A DNA stretch of 25,345 nt from a virus (lineage: Duplodnaviria; Caudoviricetes). The notes under the pieces were generated by a model. The model did not search any database and was not told the origin of the DNA. It was given only the letters and a program-made list of their open reading frames with translations. This document shows, one piece after another, positions 1 through 6,749 of this stretch. The stretch covers positions 1 to 25,345 of IMG/VR virus record IMGVR_UViG_3300032073_000226; one strand, 5' to 3'. The number at the start of each line of letters is the position of its first letter. Positions within the stretch are counted from its first letter, which is position 1. Position numbers and translations under genes: made by a program.

Positions 1-93
1 AGAATATTGTTTGTTGTAACGTTTACCATTAGCTAATGTTACGAAGATTGATACTTTTTCTTTAATCATTGTTTCACTGTTGTTGTTTGTCAT
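1..93 (-). CDS. Small hypothetical early protein, runs off the window edge
   Basis: Manual translation MTNNNSETMIKEKVSIFVTLANGKRYNKQYS..., open to base 1. It lies directly downstream of the promoter at 100-127. Alternative ATG at 69. Confidence 0.55.
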   Translation of the reverse strand, partial: MTNNNSETMIKEKVSIFVTLANGKRYNKQYS

Positions 94-99
94 ATCTCT

Positions 100-127
100 A
101 TTATACATATATCGGCAGATTTGTCAA
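100..127 (-). promoter_or_regulatory. sigma70-type early promoter P1
   Basis: Minus strand reads TTGACA-AATCTGCCGATATATG(16)-TATAAT, with perfect -35 and -10 hexamers. Confidence 0.8.
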
Positions 128-230
128 CCCCTCTACACCCTAAATCGAGAATTATTTAAGAAATAATCTTACCCCTCTGGTGGTGGTGTCGTACCCCCCG
201 TTGGTGCTACGGGTCAGGATACGCTAAGAC

Positions 231-321
231 ATTGACGTAACCTGTTGCTACATAAGGAGTTACGTCAATCGGGGCTGCCCTGCCTGTCCTAAGTCGTTAC
301 TACCAAAGGACTTACGTCAAT
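231..321. repeat. Two tandem imperfect palindromes TAAnnnnTT-N7-AAnnnnTTA
   Basis: 238-262 TAACCTGTT-GCTACAT-AAGGAGTTA and 290-314 TAAGTCGTT-ACTACCA-AAGGACTTA, both followed by CGTCAAT, 52-bp period. Perfect 11-bp inverted repeat at 231-241/259-269. Confidence 0.8.
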
Positions 322-412
322 TGAGCGCATTGTATAATGAGTAGATTAATATCATGCCAATTGTTACCAATCCGATAACAATTGCAAGATAAATATAAAA
401 TTCTAAAATCAT
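317..412 (-). CDS. 31-aa hydrophobic single-pass membrane peptide
   Basis: MILEFYIYLAIVIGLVTIGMILIYSLYNALN*. Its ATG overlaps the upstream stop (ATGA) and carries the same 17-bp start context as ORF 409-564. Confidence 0.55.
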   Translation of the reverse strand: MILEFYIYLAIVIGLVTIGMILIYSLYNALN

Positions 413-564
413 AATGTTTTCTCTACAATCTCAAACCATTCTCTGTCGGATTCAGCTTCGTTCTGTACGTATGCTTCCGCCTCTTTTCGGGTAGCGAAAG
501 CGTCACAATATTTTTCGCAGTTAGTGGATAATCCGTCGTCATAGGTTACAATGTAAATAGTCAT
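409..564 (-). CDS. 51-aa hypothetical early protein
   Basis: MTIYIVTYDDGLSTNCEKYCDAFATRKEAEAYVQNEAESDREWFEIVEKTL*. The 'F.TRKEAE.Y' pattern is typical of small phage proteins. A/C-rich leader. Confidence 0.7.
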   Translation of the reverse strand: MTIYIVTYDDGLSTNCEKYCDAFATRKEAEAYVQNEAESDREWFEIVEKTL

Positions 565-689
565 AATGTTTTCTCTAGTGTGTAGTTTGTAGTGTGTTAG
601 TGTCGCAGTTTTGATTACCTAGTATAACTTGCGGTTTAATTCCTAGAACCTAATTTATTTATAATCGGTAGGATATCCGATTTACTCAA

Positions 690-848
690 TCACTCGCAAG
701 AGAATCGACCATTGCAAGTTACCATATCGGCAGTTACCTTGCCGGAACCTTCGCGACGAACTTCAACGCGACCCTCTCGCATTGCAGCTTGGAACTGCTC
801 AAGAGTCATGTTTTCAGTTTCTTTGGCGGTTAAGAATTTCTTAGTCAT
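690..848 (-). CDS. 52-aa hypothetical early protein
   Basis: MTKKFLTAKETENMTLEQFQAAMREGRVEVRREGSGKVTADMVTCNGRFSCE*. SD-like TAAGGT upstream; downstream of promoter P2. Confidence 0.7.
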   Translation of the reverse strand: MTKKFLTAKETENMTLEQFQAAMREGRVEVRREGSGKVTADMVTCNGRFSCE

Positions 849-887
849 AGTTTTTACCTTAGTAGTAGTGTTGTTGTTATGTCTTCT

Positions 888-915
888 ATTATACAGATAT
901 CGGCTGATTTGTCAA
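888..915 (-). promoter_or_regulatory. sigma70-type early promoter P2
   Basis: TTGACA-AATCAGCCGATATCTG(16)-TATAAT, nearly identical to P1. Confidence 0.8.
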
Positions 916-942
916 CCCCTATCCAGTCTAATCCGAAAAGAA

Positions 943-1074
943 TTAGAGAATATTTGTCGATACCCAAACGAACCCTTTATCGTTCATGTCCCAAACGAAA
1001 GCATCAGCGTGTGCTTTATTGCAGATGACGAAGTTGGTTTTGCCGGAATTGTTTTTGAAGTTCATTTGAATCAT
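943..1074 (-). CDS. 43-aa hypothetical early protein
   Basis: MIQMNFKNNSGKTNFVICNKAHADAFVWDMNDKGFVWVSTNIL*. SD-like TAAGGT upstream; downstream of promoter P3. Confidence 0.65.
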   Translation of the reverse strand: MIQMNFKNNSGKTNFVICNKAHADAFVWDMNDKGFVWVSTNIL

Positions 1075-1113
1075 GTTGTTTACCTTATTAAGTGTTGTGT
1101 TTGTTATGTCCTA

Positions 1114-1142
1114 AGTATATCATATATATCGTCATTTGTCAA
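1114..1142 (-). promoter_or_regulatory. sigma70-type early promoter P3
   Basis: TTGACA-AATGACGATATATATGA(17)-TATACT. Confidence 0.75.
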
Positions 1143-1369
1143 GGCCTCTGTGCAGTTATTCCGAAAGTTTTTGCAAGAAAGTTTTTTTGCCTTTTTTCTT
1201 GATTTGCTATTGACGGGGGGTTTTATCTTGTGGTAAAATGTACTTGCTTCCCCCCCGAAAGAGGGGGGTGGTTCAAACACAATCCCAAAAATATATCTAT
1301 ATGTATCACCTAATCTATCCCGCTTGATCCTTCTCGGTTTGCTCGCTCTTACACAAAACACATTTGAAT

Positions 1370-1570
1370 CTATTCTTCCCGGTCATTATGAAAACCTTGG
1401 TCCCGCATTTCCTGCATACTGGAGGCCCGTATACTACTTTGCCTAAGTATTTCTCGTTTTTCTTCGTCACTTGCGCTTCTCCAAATTCTAATGTCCCTAA
1501 CAGTCATTCCACAACCAACACACACGTTCTCTTCATTCAGTGAACACACCCTGACACACGGTGATTTCAT
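1370..1570 (-). CDS. DUF1289-family Cys-rich protein (putative Fe-S/metal binding)
   Basis: SPCVRVCSL...CVGCGMTVRDIRIW...EEKREIL matches the DUF1289 pattern (SPC..vC.l...C.GC.Rt..EI..W). SD GAAGGAG upstream. Confidence 0.8.
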   Translation of the reverse strand: MKSPCVRVCSLNEENVCVGCGMTVRDIRIWRSASDEEKREILRQSSIRASSMQEMRDQGFHNDREE

Positions 1571-1973
1571 TTTTATACTCCTTCAAAAGTTGCTGTATCT
1601 GTAAACCCCTAGCTTTTATCCTACCAAGCAAGTACTCAGCAGGATATAAGAACCTAATTAGTGAGCCATGAACCAGACGCTTGCTTGAGGGTGTGGGTGA
1701 GAGCCATCAACTCACAACGTTCGTGTTTTTACTACGAAGTTTTCTATTACTAGAACCGCCGTCTGCCAAATGTGGTAGGTAAGGGTAGTACCTACTTCCA
1801 ACTCCTAACAATCTTATTAAATTTTTTATCTGCTTTCGCGTCCAAGCGCCACGGACAGGACAGGGTTTTACGTGACTGCGTTATAAAAAATCATCAATTC
1901 TTAGATTCCCGGCATAAATGCCATAATACTATACTGTTTTTGCTTGATTCCGACAGGGTTTTATGAGAAAAAC

Positions 1974-2002
1974 TTGAAAAAACTAGCAATACGGTGTATA
2001 AT
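1974..2002 (+). promoter_or_regulatory. Promoter for the plus-strand operon (sigma70-like; contains the GTGTATAAT motif)
   Basis: TTGAAA-17 nt-TATAAT; the -10 is embedded in GTGTATAAT at 1994-2002. Confidence 0.65.
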
Positions 2003-2033
2003 AGGTGTACGAACAACTTTCAAGGGAATAATT

Positions 2034-2210
2034 ATGAAAAAAGCAAAAAAAATAGAATCTGAACTTTGCTGTCGGGCAAATGCTTCGCTAAACGAGGAAA
2101 TACAAGAAGATCTGGAGAAACCAGACAAATCTTTAGGAGAACTTTTGGATGAAAAAGAACAAGATAGAGACGAGGAGCGCGTCTGTAAGCGTAGGGACTG
2201 TTGCGAATAA
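2034..2210 (+). CDS. Small charged hypothetical protein
   Basis: ATG at 2034 after AAGGGA and the promoter, preferred over the track start at 1944. MKKAKKIESELCC...RRDCCE. Overlaps the next ORF by 62 nt. Confidence 0.45.
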   Translation: MKKAKKIESELCCRANASLNEEIQEDLEKPDKSLGELLDEKEQDRDEERVCKRRDCCE

Positions 2211-2802
2211 TAAGAAAGATGTAATTCTTATAAATAAACCAGATTCGCCGTATTATGGATCGCTTCCGAAAGAAGCAGATCTCAAGCACAACATACCCCT
2301 CAAAACTAAATTCTTTTACAAAATACAGTCTACAAAGAACGAAGTTGACTTTTCTTACGAAGAAACCGGTGTCGGTCACATCGAAAAGAAAGGAAAGAAC
2401 AAAATTCTTGTAAGAGATCGTGCATTTTACTATTATAGTAAAAAAGAAGGTCTTTCTAGAGCAAGAAATGGCAAAGTCAACAGTATTTTACATCCAGAAG
2501 ACGAACATTTAGTAGTAAGCACCGCTATACCTGATGATTATAAGAAATTATTTTCTATAGAGAATAGTGTTATGTGTTGCACTGATGCATTCTGCCCAAC
2601 CCCTGTAGAATTACAGGATGGTACTCTCTTGGGTAAACTCAATGATATTATACAATCTATAGATCAGAATGAGTTATGGACTATATTATTACAAAATAAT
2701 AGAAATCCCGTCGAAGGAAGCATTAGATACAACAAGAGAGATAAATGCTTTGAAGGATACACAGGAGAACAATGGCGCGCACTTATGTGGGGTGATGAAT
2801 GA
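2149..2802 (+). CDS. Hypothetical, probably virion-associated protein
   Basis: 217 aa. The C-terminal GSIRYN....CFEGYTGEQW motif is common in phage fibre/virion proteins. Confidence 0.6.
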   Translation: MKKNKIETRSASVSVGTVANNKKDVILINKPDSPYYGSLPKEADLKHNIPLKTKFFYKIQSTKNEVDFSYEETGVGHIEKKGKNKILVRDRAFYYYSKKEGLSRARNGKVNSILHPEDEHLVVSTAIPDDYKKLFSIENSVMCCTDAFCPTPVELQDGTLLGKLNDIIQSIDQNELWTILLQNNRNPVEGSIRYNKRDKCFEGYTGEQWRALMWGDE

Positions 2803-3311
2803 AGATACCATCCAATATGACAGATGAACAAGTACTAGATACTATGGAACTTGTTATTAATAGGATTGCCCCTAGATATACCTTTTATGGATATACGGTT
2901 AGTGATATAAAACAAGAATCCTACATTATATGTATTGAGGCCCTTGAACGATATGATGAAAAACGCCCGTTGGAAAACTTCCTCAGTGTAAATCTATCTA
3001 ATCGTCTTAAAAACTTCATTCGTGACAATTATTTCATCGCAGAGTCGAATGACGAGCGAATAAAGGTCTTACAACCAGTACAACTTGATTACGAAGATAC
3101 CCTAATCGACAAGAAAGAGAAGTATTCTATAGATGAAGAAAAGATAGACAAAGATTCTTGCAATTCTTATATTGATAGATTTCTACCGGCATCCATGAGA
3201 ATGGACTACCTCAAGATTATCAATAATGTTTATATTACAAAGTCTAGGCGAGATGAGGTTGTAGACAAGGTAAAGGAAATATTAGAAGAGGCAGGTTATG
3301 AAAAAGGGTAG
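2799..3311 (+). CDS. Phage sigma-factor-like protein (sigma70 region 2)
   Basis: SDIKQESYIICIEALERYDEKRPLENFLSVNLSNRLKNFIRD resembles sigma region 2.2-2.4 (DL.QE....l.eA..ryD.....f..fl...i.n...n..R). ATGA overlap with the upstream gene. Confidence 0.65.
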   Translation: MKIPSNMTDEQVLDTMELVINRIAPRYTFYGYTVSDIKQESYIICIEALERYDEKRPLENFLSVNLSNRLKNFIRDNYFIAESNDERIKVLQPVQLDYEDTLIDKKEKYSIDEEKIDKDSCNSYIDRFLPASMRMDYLKIINNVYITKSRRDEVVDKVKEILEEAGYEKG

Positions 3312-4083
3312 GTTTTCTAAAGAAGATATACAATACATAGAAGAAAATGTGTTGACACACTCTCCAGAGCAAATAGCAAAGGAACTCGACAGAGATCCAG
3401 AAAGCATAGAGAACTTCATAAAAAAGAAACATGGTAAGGGCGCTTCTAGAGAAGAGATTGCTGCTTTTGATCTTGAGAATAGACCTTACTGGATAGAAGT
3501 TAGACAACAGTTCACAGAAGAAGAATTAAAGTTATTTAAATACCACTGGGCAAGAATTATATCACAATTTAGAGACGATGTTATACCTACAGAGGAACTG
3601 CAAGTTGTTGATCTTATAAAGTTAGAGCTGCTTATGAACAGGTCGCTCAAACAAAACAAAGACAACATACAGCAGATATCTGCATTAGAGGGTCTAGTTC
3701 AGCAGGAGAGAGCGCGCGATCCAGATCAGCAAGATGTAGACATGGTGTTCAACATGGAGCGTCAGGTTGCTTCTCTGAAGGCATCACAAGAATCTTTGAA
3801 TAAAGACTACAGAGAACTTCAAACAAAGAAAAACTCTATGCTAAAGGAAATGAAAGCAACAAGAGAACAAAGAGTAAAGCGACTAGAAGATAGCAAACAA
3901 AGTCTTGTTGGTTGGATAGCATATTTAATGGGTAATCCAGATGTTACCAAGCAGTATGGAGTAGAAATGGAAAAGATGAGACTAGCAATGACAAAAGAAA
4001 AAGAAAGACTTGCTGGATTTCATAAATACACAGACGGACAGGTAGATCAACCCTTCTTAAACTCAGATACTATTAAGGACTAA
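3298..4083 (+). CDS. HTH + coiled-coil protein, candidate terminase small subunit
   Basis: N-terminal HTH-like FSKEDIQYIEEN...SPEQIAKELDRDPESIENFI and a long heptad coiled coil; upstream of TerL in the same operon. The TerS call is positional only. Confidence 0.45.
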   Translation: MKKGRFSKEDIQYIEENVLTHSPEQIAKELDRDPESIENFIKKKHGKGASREEIAAFDLENRPYWIEVRQQFTEEELKLFKYHWARIISQFRDDVIPTEELQVVDLIKLELLMNRSLKQNKDNIQQISALEGLVQQERARDPDQQDVDMVFNMERQVASLKASQESLNKDYRELQTKKNSMLKEMKATREQRVKRLEDSKQSLVGWIAYLMGNPDVTKQYGVEMEKMRLAMTKEKERLAGFHKYTDGQVDQPFLNSDTIKD

Positions 4084-4084
4084 A

Positions 4085-5137
4085 ATGAAGACAGCTATAA
4101 TCTTTGGAATAACAGGACAAGATGGAAGCCACTTAGTGGATTTGCTACTAGAAAAAAACTATAAAGTTACAGGCGTTACAAGAAGAACAAGCACAGATAA
4201 CACGACACGTATTTCGCATTTACTTAATAACAAAAATTTCAAGTTAGCGAGTGGCGATATTACAGATGCGTCCAGTGTTTTAAATATACTTAGAGAACAC
4301 GAACAAGTAGATGAAGTCTATAATCTTGCAGCACAATCGCACGTTGCAGTTTCATTTAAGCAACCCGGATTAACTTGGGATATAACAGGAAAAGGATGTT
4401 TAAATATTCTACAAGGGTTAGTTGATCTAAACATGTTAGGTACTAGATTTTATCAAGCAAGCAGCAGTGAAATGTTTGGAAAAAATTATGATATCGAAGT
4501 AGGCATGACCTCTGAAACCAAATATCAAAATGAAGAAACTAAGTTCTTGCCGCAAAGCCCATACGCCATTGCTAAATGCGCTGCTCATTACATGACTTCT
4601 TTGTATAGGGATGGTTATGGAATACATGCAAGTGCCGGAATACTATTCAATCACGAAGGACCACGAAGAGGTGAAAACTTTGTAACAAGAAAGATAACAA
4701 AGTGGATTGGTGAATTCAAAAAATGGGCGGAAAACGTAGGTGCGGTAAGTCCAAATTTTGATGAAGATAATATTATAGTAGGAGAAAATGTTTTTCCAAA
4801 ATTGAGATTAGGAAATCTTGACGCATATCGAGATTGGGGGTATGCAGGAGATTACTGCGAAGCGATGTGGATGATGTTGCAACAAGATGAACCAGATGAC
4901 TACGTTATATGTACAGGCGAAACACACACTATTAAAGAATTTTTAAATGTAGCATTTAAGGAAGTTGGGATTGACGATTGGTCTGACTTAGTAGTTCAAG
5001 ATCCAGAGTTCTACAGACCAGCAGAGGTTGATTACCTTAGAGGTGATTGTAGCAAAGCAAATACTAAACTAGGATGGACACCTAAACACAGTTTTGAAGA
5101 CCTTGTTAAAATTATGGTAAAACATGATCTAGAATGA
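4085..5137 (+). CDS. gmd: GDP-mannose 4,6-dehydratase
   Basis: GITGQDG (Rossmann), YNLAAQSHV, YQASSSEMFG, SPYAIAK (YxxxK), FNHEGPRRGENFVTRKIT, GNLDAYRDWGYAGDY and RPAEVDYLRGD are all GMD signatures. Confidence 0.97.
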   Translation: MKTAIIFGITGQDGSHLVDLLLEKNYKVTGVTRRTSTDNTTRISHLLNNKNFKLASGDITDASSVLNILREHEQVDEVYNLAAQSHVAVSFKQPGLTWDITGKGCLNILQGLVDLNMLGTRFYQASSSEMFGKNYDIEVGMTSETKYQNEETKFLPQSPYAIAKCAAHYMTSLYRDGYGIHASAGILFNHEGPRRGENFVTRKITKWIGEFKKWAENVGAVSPNFDEDNIIVGENVFPKLRLGNLDAYRDWGYAGDYCEAMWMMLQQDEPDDYVICTGETHTIKEFLNVAFKEVGIDDWSDLVVQDPEFYRPAEVDYLRGDCSKANTKLGWTPKHSFEDLVKIMVKHDLE

Positions 5138-5382
5138 AGATTTATAAAGTACACATGGTACTAACTTTAGTTATGCCAAGGTTAAAGAAATACGAACTAG
5201 AAGATTACAATAGTTCAACACCGATAATTTTTGTCGAAGCAGAAGACCCAGACGATGCTTGCTATAAAGCAATGCATAAACTTGCTGGCAAGATACTAAG
5301 ATCTGACCACTCTGTTGAAACTTTAAATTTTATAAAAGATATATTTAATGACATAAGAATAATAAAGATTGAAGTACCATGA
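5134..5382 (+). CDS. Hypothetical protein
   Basis: 82 aa, with ATGA overlaps at both ends. Confidence 0.7.
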   Translation: MKIYKVHMVLTLVMPRLKKYELEDYNSSTPIIFVEAEDPDDACYKAMHKLAGKILRSDHSVETLNFIKDIFNDIRIIKIEVP

Positions 5383-5645
5383 GAAGGAACTACGATGATC
5401 CTGTTTACAAAGATTGGAGGGTCAAGGTATACAAAAGAGATAAATTTACATGCCAGATGCCGGGATGTAAGTGTAAGAAAAGATTGAACGCGCACCACAT
5501 ACAGAAATGGGCTAGCGCTTCTATATTGAGATACGACGTTGATAATGGTATAACTTTATGCAAGAACTGTCACGACAAAGTAACGGGACACGAACAGCAT
5601 TATCAAGGATTATTTCAAGATATAGTGAGAAAAAATAATGGCTAA
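5379..5645 (+). CDS. HNH endonuclease (terminase-associated type)
   Basis: RDKFTCQMPGC...LNAHHI...NGITLCKNCH: Zn-binding Cys plus HNH core. Its position near the terminase resembles HK97 gp74. Confidence 0.9.
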   Translation: MRRNYDDPVYKDWRVKVYKRDKFTCQMPGCKCKKRLNAHHIQKWASASILRYDVDNGITLCKNCHDKVTGHEQHYQGLFQDIVRKNNG

Positions 5646-6141
5646 ATACAAGACCGCTCCCAGTTATACAGTTGTAAGAGATACAAGGGAGCAGCAAGGT
5701 TATTTCTTTAAAAAATTCAACACATGCCAAGGTACAGTGCAAAGAAAATTAGACACTGGTGATTACTCTATACTTGGAATGGAAGAAAAGGTTTGCATAG
5801 AAAGAAAAGCAAGCGTATCTGAGATAGCGTTAAACCTAGGCAAAGGGAAGTACGCATTCTATAACGAAGTAGAAAGAATGAGAGAGTATGAACACAAGTT
5901 TATAATTTGCGAATTTTCTATGGAAGATGTTATGAAATTTCCAGAAGGTGCTAACATACCAAAGGAATTAAAAGATAAAGTAAAGATAACAGGTAAGTAT
6001 ATACTAAGATGTTTAATGGAATTTGCAGTATTTAATGATGTACATGTTATATTCGCTGGTAGCGAGAGAGGAGCATTTGACTTAACGAGCAGTCTATTAA
6101 AAAGAATTAACGAAAAGTACACTATAGGACGTAAGTCATGA
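5638..6141 (+). CDS. ERCC4 (XPF/Mus81-like) structure-specific nuclease
   Basis: VVRDTREQ...LDTGDYSI...CIERK is the ERCC4 signature (D.RE / GDY / ERK). Confidence 0.85.
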   Translation: MAKYKTAPSYTVVRDTREQQGYFFKKFNTCQGTVQRKLDTGDYSILGMEEKVCIERKASVSEIALNLGKGKYAFYNEVERMREYEHKFIICEFSMEDVMKFPEGANIPKELKDKVKITGKYILRCLMEFAVFNDVHVIFAGSERGAFDLTSSLLKRINEKYTIGRKS

Positions 6142-6749
6142 CAACGAGCAGAGATAGTGTTGGCGAAATACATGCCTACAATCTAGATGTAAAAAATAGA
6201 GAAATATACATAAATGAGTTTGATGACTCAGGAGAATCTGCCGGTGTAGATCACAGAATGCTCCAGAACTTTATTAAAAATATAAACATATTAAAAAATC
6301 TAAACAAAGAACCAATTACCATACATATGCAAACCGTTGGTGGTTGTTGGTATTCTGGAATGGGTATATACGATGCCATAAAAAGTTGTAAATGCAAGAC
6401 CACTTTTATTGGATACGGTCAATTGTGTTCTATGGGTACGGTCATAATTCAAGCGGCGACTAGACGTTTAATTACTGATAATTCTGCGTTTATGGTCCAC
6501 TGGGGTAGTAGCGAAATAAGCGGATACTATCTTAGCTCCCAGAACCTCGCTGACTTTGAAAAGTACGCTGCGCAGCAAATGATAGACATATATTCAGAGA
6601 GGTGCCAAAAAGGAGAATATTTTAAAGAACGTCAAAATAATTTATCTAAAACCAAATCATACATAAAAAGAAAACTAGGAGGTGGCGACTGGTACATGAC
6701 AGCAGATGAAGCTGTGTACTACGGGTTCGTCGATGGAATTTATAAATGA
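6138..6749 (+). CDS. clpP: ClpP-like (S14) serine protease
   Basis: GG.WYSGMGIYDAI, CSMG (catalytic Ser), FMVH (His) and DWYMTADEAVYYGFVD are ClpP motifs. Confidence 0.85.
   Translation: MTTSRDSVGEIHAYNLDVKNREIYINEFDDSGESAGVDHRMLQNFIKNINILKNLNKEPITIHMQTVGGCWYSGMGIYDAIKSCKCKTTFIGYGQLCSMGTVIIQAATRRLITDNSAFMVHWGSSEISGYYLSSQNLADFEKYAAQQMIDIYSERCQKGEYFKERQNNLSKTKSYIKRKLGGGDWYMTADEAVYYGFVDGIYK

Noticed and set aside
231-321. Possible mini CRISPR array
   Set aside because: Only two imperfect copies, and no cas genes in the window.
712-1236. 174-aa plus-strand ORF with hydrophobic stretches
   Set aside because: It is the shadow of the minus-strand cassettes. The apparent TM segments come from the reverse complement of A/C-rich leaders, and it crosses two promoters.
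1104-1361. 85-aa minus-strand ORF
   Set aside because: It runs through promoter P3 and the G/C hairpin, has a non-ATG start and shows no recognisable protein features.
1772-1966. 64-aa plus-strand ORF
   Set aside because: No SD, no motifs, and it lies upstream of the operon promoter.
4085-5137. gmd as host contamination or a bacterial LPS locus
   Set aside because: It abuts phage genes (1-nt gap upstream, ATGA overlap downstream), has a similar AT-rich codon style and has no neighbouring LPS genes.
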